Shown one piece after another: positions 28,968-38,040 of a stretch of 64,000 nt of DNA. Origin of the DNA: Promethearchaeota archaeon (GTDB lineage Archaea; Asgardarchaeota; Lokiarchaeia; Sigyniarchaeales; SOKP01); contig JBHLMP010000001.1 in NCBI GenBank assembly GCA_048938025.1, positions 64,001-128,000 on the forward strand, given 5' to 3'. A program made the translations under genes and the position numbers. The notes under the pieces are model-generated. The model did not search any database. It saw only the letters and a program-made list of their open reading frames with translations, and was not told the origin of the DNA. Every line of letters begins with the position of its first letter. The first letter of the stretch is position 1.

Positions 28968-29912
28968 ATGGATGAATTTAAATGTGAAATTTTAATCATA
29001 GGTGCTGGTCCTGCAGGACTAAGTGCAGGAGTTTATTGTGCTCGAGTAAACAGAGATGTCATTATTCTTGATGGGAAAGAGACATCTGCTTTAGCAAAAA
29101 CGAAAGAGATACAAAATTGGCTAGGAGAAATAGATATAAAAGGTAAGAAACTATTAGAAAAATTTAGAGCTCATGCTGAGAGTTATTCTGAAAATTTAAG
29201 AATATTTAAAGGTGATGTAATCTCATTAATGCTTGGAATGGGGGTAAACATGATATCGACGCGAACAGCTAATATTACTTCTGATGTTGTTATTATAGCA
29301 ACAGGTAGAGGTAATCGAAAAGAAATTATCAAGGGAGAAGGTGCTCTACTTGGATATGGCCTTTCCTATAATGCATTAAGTGATGGTCCCTTATATAAAG
29401 ATAAAGTTGTGTTTTTATATGGCTCAGATAAAGAAGTTTTTGAGGATGCTTTAGCTTTAGATCAAATAGGATGCAAAATTCATATAATAACTAATGTAGG
29501 AATTGAGGATTTACCTGAAAAGGTTTATGAGGTCAAAGATAAGGGAATTGATGTAATAGAGAATATGGAAATTGTTGAAGCAATACCCAATTCCGAAGGT
29601 ATTATTCAAAAAATAATATGTAGATTTAATAAACCCGAATCAGAAGATTTTGAAGAAATAATAGAATTTGAGTTAGATTGCCTATTTATCTTATCCCATA
29701 TCACATCAAATTCCATATTTAAAAAAGCTGGTATAGAATTAGATGATATGGGAAATATTATAGTTGATGATGAACAACAAACAAATCTAAAGGGAGTATA
29801 TGCTGCTGGTGATGTTACAGGTGGAATATTTCAAGTAATTTTTGCTGCAGCTGAAGGTGCACGAGCAGGAATAAATGCTTGTAAATATCTCCGACAATTA
29901 AAGAAAGATTAA
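28968..29912 (+). CDS. thioredoxin-reductase-like FAD oxidoreductase lacking CxxC
   Basis: GAGPAG, IIATG and GVYAAGD are present; SYNALSDG replaces SYCATCDG. Confidence 0.82.
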   Translation: MDEFKCEILIIGAGPAGLSAGVYCARVNRDVIILDGKETSALAKTKEIQNWLGEIDIKGKKLLEKFRAHAESYSENLRIFKGDVISLMLGMGVNMISTRTANITSDVVIIATGRGNRKEIIKGEGALLGYGLSYNALSDGPLYKDKVVFLYGSDKEVFEDALALDQIGCKIHIITNVGIEDLPEKVYEVKDKGIDVIENMEIVEAIPNSEGIIQKIICRFNKPESEDFEEIIEFELDCLFILSHITSNSIFKKAGIELDDMGNIIVDDEQQTNLKGVYAAGDVTGGIFQVIFAAAEGARAGINACKYLRQLKKD

Positions 29913-29993
29913 ATAATACAAAAGGAAAATTAAAAAATCTTATTAAGATTATATTTTGTATATTTCAAAGTTAATAGATCATGGAAATTAAAA

Positions 29994-30929
29994 TTGTCTG
30001 AAAATAATAGAGTAGATCTAGCTATCATTGGTGGTGGACCTGCTGGATTAACTGCGGCAATTTATGGCGCGAGAATGGGTTTAAAGACTGTTCTCTATGA
30101 GGGAAAAGGTTTTGGAGGTTTAGCTGGAACTGCTCCCAAAATTGAAAATTATCCAGGATTTCAAAGTATCAATGGTCTTGAATTAACTGAAAAAATGAGA
30201 GAACAAGCTGAACATTGGGGAACTACTTTTTTCTTTAATGAAGTCTCTAAAATCAATCCAAAAGAAATGACTATAACTACTTATAAAGGAGAAACAAAAG
30301 CTAAAGCTATTATAATTGCTACTGGTTCAAAACACCAATCACTTGGATTATCTAATGAGTTTGAATTAGTAGGTAATGGAATATCTTATTGTGCTACTTG
30401 TGATGGTCCATTATTTCGAGATCAAGTAGTTGCTACAGTTGGTGGTGGAAATGCCGCTGGTCTAGAAGTAATTTACCTTTCAGGGGTCGTAAAAGAAGTT
30501 TATCTTATTCATAGACGTCATTGCATGCGAGCAGAAGCCTGCATTGCAGATGAGGTTGAGTCATTAAATAATGTTAAACCAATGTATAATTGCACTATTG
30601 AAGAAGCTATAACTAAGGATAATAAATTGGAAGCGTTAAAAATCAAAAACCATGAAACTGGCGAAATTTCTACTATAAGTGTAAATGCTCTCTTCATTGC
30701 TATAGGAGTTGAGCCACAGAGTGAATTAGCGAAAAAGGCCGGAATAGAACTTGATGACAATAATTTTATTAAAGTCAATAAAAATCAAGAAACCAATTTT
30801 TCTGGTATTTATGCAGCTGGAGATGTAACTGGGGGAATACGCCAAGTGTCCACAGCAGTTGGGGAAGCAACAACAGCAGCAATGAATGCGTATTTATTTA
30901 TTAAAAAAGGATGGTATGGAGAGGGATAA
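29994..30929 (+). CDS. trxB: thioredoxin-disulfide reductase
   Basis: GGGPAG, ENYPG, SYCATCDG, GGGNAA, IHRR and GIYAAGD motifs. Confidence 0.93.
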   Translation: MSENNRVDLAIIGGGPAGLTAAIYGARMGLKTVLYEGKGFGGLAGTAPKIENYPGFQSINGLELTEKMREQAEHWGTTFFFNEVSKINPKEMTITTYKGETKAKAIIIATGSKHQSLGLSNEFELVGNGISYCATCDGPLFRDQVVATVGGGNAAGLEVIYLSGVVKEVYLIHRRHCMRAEACIADEVESLNNVKPMYNCTIEEAITKDNKLEALKIKNHETGEISTISVNALFIAIGVEPQSELAKKAGIELDDNNFIKVNKNQETNFSGIYAAGDVTGGIRQVSTAVGEATTAAMNAYLFIKKGWYGEG

Positions 30930-31092
30930 ATAACCTAATTACCTTCATAAAACGTATATCTTATCATCGTTCTCTAAAACAATAACGCCACGAGGGAAAT
31001 ATGAACTTTTTTTAGATAAAAAATAGTTTTTCAAGATTCATAAAATCCCAACTCACCAATAGTTAAAGGAATTAAAAAAAAAGGATTTGGGT

Positions 31093-32532
31093 TTAATTTT
31101 TTATATCATACTTTTTTTTAATCACTAGGGCAATGCTAATACCTAAAGTAGCTACAATCAACCCTAAAATATAACCTGAAATTGCAGGAGAACCTGGTTT
31201 TTTGAGTCCCCCATCCATAATAGTCCAAGAAAATTGAGTAATAATAAACTCTCTTGCATCTGCTGCTGCGCTACTATATTTGGAATAACCTGCATGAAAG
31301 GTTACACCAGTTCGCAAGTTTAATTGTGACCAACCTAATAATAAATTATCATAATTAGACGTCGATAATGCAATTGCATAGAACATGCCATCCATGTCTG
31401 TCACGCTTGAAACATTCCAATTACCGAGAGGTTGATTGAATGAAAAAGCATATCTGAACATATAACCCATATCTGTCACGCTCGATACATCCCAATTATC
31501 GAGAGGTTGATTGAATGAAAGAGCATAGCTGAACATATAACCCATATCTGTCACGCTCGATACATCCCAATTATCGAGAGGCTGGTTAAACGAAGGAGTC
31601 TCGTCGAACATGACACTCATGTCTGTCACACTCGACACATCCCAATTTTCAAGTGGTTGGTTAAATGAAGAAGCAGCGCCGAACATGCCACGCATGTCTG
31701 TCACGCTTGATACGTTCCAATTGATAAGTGGTTGGTTAAATGAAGAAGCCCCGCCGAACATGAAACGCATGTCTGTCACGCTCGATACATCCCAATTGTC
31801 AAGAGGCTGGTTAAACGAAGAAGCCCCGTCGAACATGTTATGCATGTTTGTCACGCTCGAAACGTCCCAGCTGTTCATATTGCCGCTAGTACCAAGATTT
31901 TTGCACTCCTCAAAAGCCCGGTATAAACTGGTCGTTCCCGTTAAATTTAAGCTGTCAATAGCTGTAATTTTTAAATTGCAGCAACCGTCGAAATAACCCC
32001 CTGAATTTCCTAATCGTAAACAACCCCATTGTTGGATTTCGAGTATCTTAAATCGATCTCCGCCTTCATTAAACTGCCAGCCTACGATGGTTCCTGTGAT
32101 ATTAATGGTATATACTCCTTCGGAAGCATAGGTATGGGTAACAGTAGCTTGATTCCAGATTGTGATTGTATCAATGCTCTCGTCTCCCCAATTCACTATA
32201 AAATTATATATTCCGCTTGGTTGCAATGGCAATTGTATTTGATTGCTACCGCTTGAACCTGGTTTAGTTGTATTCCAAACTGAAATAAACGCGTTTGGAT
32301 CTGATGCGACTGGATTTGTGCCACTTGAACCAAAGTTTGATTCTATCGTTTTGCAACATGAAGTATAATCGTTCGAATCTGATGTAATAGGTGCTGAAAA
32401 TTCCAATCTAATAGGTGTATGCTCTTGTCCGTAAATTTGGGACGTAAAGAATAAAATGTTTAGTATTACCAAAGATATTACTACAAAAACTGCATTTAAC
32501 TTTATTAATTTGTTTTTTATCAATCTAATCAC
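31093..32532 (-). CDS. BspA/DUF285 repeat surface protein with PKD-like domain and Loki-CTERM-like anchor
   Basis: VNWGD..HTY..G.Y PKD-like motif, 25-aa FNQPL.NW.VSSVTDM repeats, C-terminal ISGY-TM-KKK. Confidence 0.88.
   Translation of the reverse strand: MIRLIKNKLIKLNAVFVVISLVILNILFFTSQIYGQEHTPIRLEFSAPITSDSNDYTSCCKTIESNFGSSGTNPVASDPNAFISVWNTTKPGSSGSNQIQLPLQPSGIYNFIVNWGDESIDTITIWNQATVTHTYASEGVYTINITGTIVGWQFNEGGDRFKILEIQQWGCLRLGNSGGYFDGCCNLKITAIDSLNLTGTTSLYRAFEECKNLGTSGNMNSWDVSSVTNMHNMFDGASSFNQPLDNWDVSSVTDMRFMFGGASSFNQPLINWNVSSVTDMRGMFGAASSFNQPLENWDVSSVTDMSVMFDETPSFNQPLDNWDVSSVTDMGYMFSYALSFNQPLDNWDVSSVTDMGYMFRYAFSFNQPLGNWNVSSVTDMDGMFYAIALSTSNYDNLLLGWSQLNLRTGVTFHAGYSKYSSAAADAREFIITQFSWTIMDGGLKKPGSPAISGYILGLIVATLGISIALVIKKKYDIKN
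31380..31878 (-). repeat. intragenic 75-bp tandem repeat (about 6.5 units)
   Basis: Repeated catgtctgtcacgctcgatacatccca..ggttgg/attgaa units encoding the DUF285 repeats. Confidence 0.9.
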
Positions 32533-32607
32533 ACTGACTTATTAACATTTTTGTAGATTTCGTAAGTTATGTTATATTTACCTATCAAAGATTTAAATGT
32601 TTCGTAA

Positions 32608-32709
32608 GTGATATTAGGGGTGGCTTTTTCAAGAATTTTTGCCACTGCAGAAGGTGTTTGGGCTGGGATTAATGCTTATACATATATCTGTCAATTAAAA
32701 AAAGATTAA
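32608..32709 (+). pseudogene. decayed copy of the 3' end of the trxB-like gene (29809-29912)
   Basis: Translates IFATAEGVWAGINAYTYICQLKKD* versus IFAAAEGARAGINACKYLRQLKKD*; two 1-nt deletions in its 5' part. Confidence 0.85.
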
Positions 32710-32754
32710 TTACTTCTTCTTGTAAACTTGTACATCAATTGTCAGATATCACCT

Positions 32755-32782
32755 AGATATTACTTTATATTATGTAATATCT
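32755..32782. promoter_or_regulatory. 28-bp palindrome (11-6-11) overlapping the TATA-like element of xerA
   Basis: AGATATTACTT-TATATT-ATGTAATATCT, 10/11 arm match, 19 nt before the xerA ATG. Confidence 0.5.
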
Positions 32783-32801
32783 CGATCATACTGTATCTAT
32801 T

Positions 32802-33725
32802 ATGGTAGAGAGCAAGTTTTCAGATTTTATTGAAGACTTTTTAATTTCCAAGGAAGTAGAAGAAGGCTGTGCCTCCTCAACAATTAAAGCTTATAAATAT
32901 GACCTTGATAAATTTGTCAGTCTTATAGGAGACCTTGAACTGAATTCTCCTATGCTTAGACAGAAAATAAGGTTATTTTTAAAAAAAATAAAAGATTTGG
33001 GATATACTAAAAAGGGAATCGGGAGAAAAATAGCATCATTACGATCATATTTTAAATTTTTAACTCTAAATGAATTTATAGATAAAAATCCTATGAGTAC
33101 GATAAAGTCTCCAAAAATAAAACTTGAGGAAAATTTACCAAAATTTCTTAATGTTAATGATATTAAACTAATATTTATAAAATTAAAAGATAGACAAATA
33201 TTTAATTCTAAAAAAAGCCAACGATATTATTTAATGATAAGATTACTCTATTCTACAATGTCCAGAGTTAGTGAGTTATGTAATATTAAGATAAATGATG
33301 TAGATTTTAATAAAGGGTATATTAAATTAAGAGGTAAAGGAAACAAAGAGAGAATAGTCCCTGTGGATCAAAAAACTTTAAATCTGTTTAAGGAGTATCT
33401 TAGCAATAGAATTTCCTATAGTTCTGAAGATTATTTATTAGTAAATACTAGAAACCAAAAATTAAATCCTCGAGTAGTTCAAGTAGATATTAAAACTATT
33501 AAAGAAAAATGTGGCTTTGCTGAATCTAAAATAATCACTCCTCATATATTTAGACATACAGGTGCAACCCATCTTAGACGTTCAGGAATGGATATCAGCG
33601 AACTACAAGATATTCTAGGACATTCGAATCCAAATACTACAAGAATTTATGCTAAAAATGATATTACTAAATTAAAAGAATCTTACTCTCAGATGCATCC
33701 GCTAAACAATTTAGATAAATTATAG
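32802..33725 (+). CDS. xerA: XerA/XerCD-like tyrosine recombinase
   Basis: SAM-like N-domain (RKIASLRSYFKFL), RVSEL, GKGNKER, TPHIFRH and ILGH....TTRIY motifs. Confidence 0.88.
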   Translation: MVESKFSDFIEDFLISKEVEEGCASSTIKAYKYDLDKFVSLIGDLELNSPMLRQKIRLFLKKIKDLGYTKKGIGRKIASLRSYFKFLTLNEFIDKNPMSTIKSPKIKLEENLPKFLNVNDIKLIFIKLKDRQIFNSKKSQRYYLMIRLLYSTMSRVSELCNIKINDVDFNKGYIKLRGKGNKERIVPVDQKTLNLFKEYLSNRISYSSEDYLLVNTRNQKLNPRVVQVDIKTIKEKCGFAESKIITPHIFRHTGATHLRRSGMDISELQDILGHSNPNTTRIYAKNDITKLKESYSQMHPLNNLDKL

Positions 33726-33860
33726 ATGAACATCTCCTTTTTTAATTAATAAGTTTTTTATAGGTAAAATATAATTTAACAAGTATAAGAAAATTTATAC
33801 TTCAATTGTTCTTTTATAATTTATACATTAAAAATAAATTGGGAGTCTTCTCGAATTACT

Positions 33861-35054
33861 ATGGACGAGGATGAGTTCAGGAATCAATTTAGCAAAAGAT
33901 CTGTTTTTAAAAAGGCGCATTCTCTAGATCAAAGCTACGTGCCAGAAAAATTATATTGCCGGGATGAGGCTATTAAAACTTTAATCTACAATTTTAGGAG
34001 GATTGTAGAAGAAAGTGATCAACCTTCAATTAATTTCTTATTAACTGGAAAAGGAGGCGTAGGTAAGACAGTAACTGCGAAATATTTTGGAAGAAATTTT
34101 AGGACTATTGCATTAGAACGAGATGTTAATTTATTTATTGAATATTATAATTGTATTAATTTCAATTCAAAAAGTAAAATAGTCAGGGAATTATTAGCTA
34201 AGTATACCCATGGTTCAGGACGTGGATTCTCAGACGATGAAGGGCTAAAACTGATACTTTCTCAACTAATCAGAGAAAGAAGTTATATGCTTCTTATAAT
34301 TGACGAAATATTTCGATTGAAACCTGATGAAATATTAGCTCTTCTTGACATTGCCGAAACTTTTGGACATCAAAATGCGAAATTATCATTAATAATAATT
34401 TCAAGAACTCATGATTGGATGACCGTTGAAAATGAAAGAATTTTAAGCAGATTAAATCAAAAAATTGAACTCAAACCCTATAACTATGATGAAGCTAAGC
34501 AGATATTAGATTATAGAAGCGAGCTTGCTTTAAAAGAAAATGTAATAGATGATGATCTTCTAGAAATGATTGCTGAAATAGTAGCAGAACATGAAAATAT
34601 GCGTCATGGGATTGAAATTTTAAGGAAAAGTGGATTATATTGTGATAAAGAGGGCTTAACACGTTTTACTTCCGAGATAATAAGAGAAGCATCCAATGAA
34701 GTATATCCTACCTTTAGGGGGGATGTTATTGATCTTTTAAAAGATCAAGAGCACTTAGCATTATACGGGATAGTAAGATCATTAATGAATACTGATGAAT
34801 CATACACTTTAGTTGATGATGCTTATGAGGAATATCAAGTAATATGTGAAAATTATTCTATTGAACCCCATGTTAAAATGAGTTTTAGAAAATATGTTCG
34901 CCATCTTGACGAACTTAAAATCATTTCTTCTAAAACTGTGAGGATAGAAGAAGCTCAGAGAGGTAGACATAAAGAAATCAAGTTATTGGACATCCCAGCC
35001 GTAAAATTAGCTGAATTATTGGAAGGTCTTTTTGAGAGAAAGTTTATGAATTAA
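33861..35054 (+). CDS. cdc6: Orc1/Cdc6 replication initiation protein
   Basis: YVPEKL..R, Walker A GKGGVGKT, YYNC, IIDE, PYN motifs and a C-terminal winged helix with RGR. Confidence 0.9.
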   Translation: MDEDEFRNQFSKRSVFKKAHSLDQSYVPEKLYCRDEAIKTLIYNFRRIVEESDQPSINFLLTGKGGVGKTVTAKYFGRNFRTIALERDVNLFIEYYNCINFNSKSKIVRELLAKYTHGSGRGFSDDEGLKLILSQLIRERSYMLLIIDEIFRLKPDEILALLDIAETFGHQNAKLSLIIISRTHDWMTVENERILSRLNQKIELKPYNYDEAKQILDYRSELALKENVIDDDLLEMIAEIVAEHENMRHGIEILRKSGLYCDKEGLTRFTSEIIREASNEVYPTFRGDVIDLLKDQEHLALYGIVRSLMNTDESYTLVDDAYEEYQVICENYSIEPHVKMSFRKYVRHLDELKIISSKTVRIEEAQRGRHKEIKLLDIPAVKLAELLEGLFERKFMN

Positions 35055-35159
35055 AACTATACTAGTTATAGATTTTATATTAGGTTATATTTTTATTAAT
35101 AATTTTTATTTGAAATTAACTTAAATATTTTTGTGGATTAAATCTTATTATTGTTCTTA

Positions 35160-35390
35160 TTAAAAACCTTCTTTCTCAGATTTGGATTTACTATACCATT
35201 CCAACCATTCTTTACGACGATTTTTTCTACGTTCTGATTCATCGACTTCTGTTAAATTTTCACTCCTTATTTTCTTCCAATAATTCTCTAATTCAAATCG
35301 AGATAAGGATAATCCACATGATTGACAGACCATTGCTTTCGTATTGGGGATATATTTCATCTTACCCCCACATTCTGGGCATCTTGATAT
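35160..35390 (-). CDS. small zinc-ribbon protein
   Basis: In-frame upstream extension ISRCPECGGKM supplies the first CxxC to pair with CQSCG. Start inferred at ATA 35390. Confidence 0.75.
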   Translation of the reverse strand: MSRCPECGGKMKYIPNTKAMVCQSCGLSLSRFELENYWKKIRSENLTEVDESERRKNRRKEWLEWYSKSKSEKEGF

Positions 35391-35608
35391 ATTTATCCAC
35401 CTTTTGGGTTAATATTTTTCTCGCTCGAGGGTATATTCGACTTTTCAAATTATTTATTTTTTAAAATTATAACTACTTTTAATCTATTAATTAAATAAAT
35501 TTATGAAAGTTAAAATAATTAATGTATGGAATATAATACCTAACTTTATTTTCAATACAATATTTAGAAAACAATAATAACTGTAGTCAATTGATATAGT
35601 GGAAGTTA

Positions 35609-36841
35609 TTGAAGCCAAATGTTTATTATTTTTCAGCACGATCACAAAGCCATGAAGAAAGTATGAGCAAAGTTAAAGGACCTTTAGCTTTAGAGAAACT
35701 CGGAATCAAGGAAAAGATAAAAGAAGGAGATAATATTGTTATTAAAACTCATTTCGGAGCACTTGAAAACACCCGATATCTTCGTCCTAGTTACATCAGG
35801 TTTTTAAGTGATTATATAAAAAAATTGGGAGGAATTCCTGCTGTGGCAGAATCATGTGGATGGGGATTGCCCGAAAGTATCTCAGGAGTTCATACTGAAT
35901 ATAGTGGTCGTGCAAATGAGAAAGAATATCTAAATGTAGCCTTACAACATGGATTTGCTAAAGAAACCATGGGAGCTCCAATTTTAATGCTCGATGGTCC
36001 TATGGGAATAGATTATGAAATTCAAAAGATTAAGGGGAAAATACTTGAGGAAATATTCGTAGCAGGACGTTTGAGAGAATTTGATTATATGGTTATGGCT
36101 ACTCACTTTAAAGGACATCCTAATGCTAGCTTTGGAGGGGCTCTTAAGAATCTGGGTATCGGCTGTGTCTGCAAGGGTCAAAAAATCAGAGCTCATCTTG
36201 GTACAACTTTTGATTACGATTTAAGTAAATGTGCCAAAGATTGTGATAAATGTATAAAAGTTTGCCCTACGGGTGCTTTAAGTAAAGGACTAGATAAAAT
36301 TCTTAAGAAGGATTGGGATAAGTGTCGTTATTGTTATATGTGTAGGTCGATATGTGATAAAGGGGTGATTAGCGCTGGATCATCTACAAGAGAGGATTTT
36401 ATTTCTAGATTTATTGATAATGCTAAGGGAGTAGTGGATTATTTTGGAAAAGATAAAATCTTCTATCTTAATTATGCTATAGACATAACATATCAGTGTG
36501 ATTGTTCAGGAGGCTCAGATGTCCCATTTGTTCCAGATATAGGGATTTTAGCTTCTTTAGATCCTGTTGCTATAGATCAAGCCACGATAGATTTAATTCA
36601 TAAATCATCAATTAGTCCTCAATCAATTCTTTCTAATGTTAAAAATATTCCAACGCAAGGTCCTTTTGAATGGTTTTCATATCTCCCTCGTTTTGACCCA
36701 GAGTCAGGTGAGTTTGATTTGAATCAAGATGGAAAGGAATCAAAACATTGGGAGTTGCAACTGAAATTAGCTGAGGAAATTGGTTTGGGTAATAGAAATT
36801 ACAATTTAATTAAAGTTAATATAGAAAAAAAAAAAAATTAA
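35609..36841 (+). CDS. DUF362 Fe-S protein with ferredoxin insert
   Basis: IKTHFG, THFKGH..FGGALKNLGIGC, two Cys clusters, CDC and DPVAIDQA motifs. Confidence 0.88.
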   Translation: MKPNVYYFSARSQSHEESMSKVKGPLALEKLGIKEKIKEGDNIVIKTHFGALENTRYLRPSYIRFLSDYIKKLGGIPAVAESCGWGLPESISGVHTEYSGRANEKEYLNVALQHGFAKETMGAPILMLDGPMGIDYEIQKIKGKILEEIFVAGRLREFDYMVMATHFKGHPNASFGGALKNLGIGCVCKGQKIRAHLGTTFDYDLSKCAKDCDKCIKVCPTGALSKGLDKILKKDWDKCRYCYMCRSICDKGVISAGSSTREDFISRFIDNAKGVVDYFGKDKIFYLNYAIDITYQCDCSGGSDVPFVPDIGILASLDPVAIDQATIDLIHKSSISPQSILSNVKNIPTQGPFEWFSYLPRFDPESGEFDLNQDGKESKHWELQLKLAEEIGLGNRNYNLIKVNIEKKKN

Positions 36842-36842
36842 T

Positions 36843-37310
36843 TTAAAGAAAAGTATTCCAAGTGGATATGGCATCTTCTTTTCCAACTTTAAACTTCTTT
36901 TCAAGTTTTTCAAAGTTAAGATGAGGTGGCATTCCATCATCCCAAATAGCATTAATGTCTTTGGCAATTGCTCTTACATGCTCTTCGTTATTAGTATAAA
37001 TATCGCATTTGACAACTTGTTTATCTGCATTATACATAGTAAACCGTGATTTAGCAAACAATCTACTAGTTACTTCGGCGTAGGTATTTATTCCAGGTGC
37101 TAGATATTGATATTCAACAGTTCTACCAGATGTATTACCCATTTTGGTTGAAGGATCAATATTAGTAATCCAATTTTCTACTACATATGCAATATCTGGT
37201 TTTACTTTTGAGAATTGCGCTTTAACTTTTTTTGGTTGGCAATAAAATGTATATTTTGGGAGATCCGTTAACCCTATTTGCATAGCTTCTTTTCTAACTC
37301 CTTTTCCCAT
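36843..37310 (-). CDS. hypothetical protein (tandem paralog A)
   Basis: GGTGA precedes ATG 37310; shares LPKYTFY and DIYTNNEEHVRAI with the next gene. Confidence 0.75.
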   Translation of the reverse strand: MGKGVRKEAMQIGLTDLPKYTFYCQPKKVKAQFSKVKPDIAYVVENWITNIDPSTKMGNTSGRTVEYQYLAPGINTYAEVTSRLFAKSRFTMYNADKQVVKCDIYTNNEEHVRAIAKDINAIWDDGMPPHLNFEKLEKKFKVGKEDAISTWNTFL

Positions 37311-37440
37311 AATTTTCACCCATTTCATTTACTTTATAATTGGTGAATTATAATAAGTTATATAAATATTTAAAATCTCTTTTTAAAAGAGCTTAAAGAA
37401 GAAACTTAATCAAAGTCAATATAAAAAAAAAAAGAATATC

Positions 37441-37902
37441 TTAAAGAAAAATATTCCACTGGTTAAGAACTTCCTCTTTACCAACTTGGAATTTCTTTTC
37501 GATTTTGTTAAAATCAATATGAGGTACTATTCCATCATCCCATAGAGAATTATAACCTTGGACAATTGCTCTTACATGCTCTTCGTTATTAGTATAAATA
37601 TCGATTTGAGACACATAATTATCCGGATTAAACGCGGTCACTCCTGCCATCTTATTATATACAACAACATATATACCTAATTGAGTTGACATATAAAAAA
37701 ACTTAGAGCTTCTTGCTTTTGCAGATTCCTCTACAGTGCAAGAAGGATCCACACTCTTCATCCAATCTTCTACTACATATGCAGTATCTGGTTTATATTT
37801 TGAAAACTTCATTTTAATTGTTTTTGGGCGTCCATAAAATGTATATTTCGGAAGATTAGTTAATCCTAATTCCAAAGCCTTTTTTTCAGTTTTTTTGCCC
37901 AT
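37441..37902 (-). CDS. hypothetical protein (tandem paralog B)
   Basis: GGTGA precedes ATG 37902; same motifs as paralog A. Confidence 0.75.
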   Translation of the reverse strand: MGKKTEKKALELGLTNLPKYTFYGRPKTIKMKFSKYKPDTAYVVEDWMKSVDPSCTVEESAKARSSKFFYMSTQLGIYVVVYNKMAGVTAFNPDNYVSQIDIYTNNEEHVRAIVQGYNSLWDDGIVPHIDFNKIEKKFQVGKEEVLNQWNIFL

Positions 37903-38040
37903 AGTTTTCACCCTTTTAATTTATTTTTTAGTTAATTGGTGATTAATAATAACTTATATAAACAATTAAATCTCTTTAAATAGATTTTTCTAAAAAATTC
38001 AAGATAATAAAAAAGATAAAAAAAGATTTCTTTTAATTAA

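Noticed and set aside
31380-31878. Regular repeats as a CRISPR array or DGR template/variable repeat
   Set aside because: They are in-frame 75-bp coding repeats without unique spacers; no cas or reverse transcriptase genes are nearby.
32802-35054. xerA+cdc6 as an integrated plasmid or provirus
   Set aside because: Composition is host-like, and no viral, conjugation or tRNA att features flank them.
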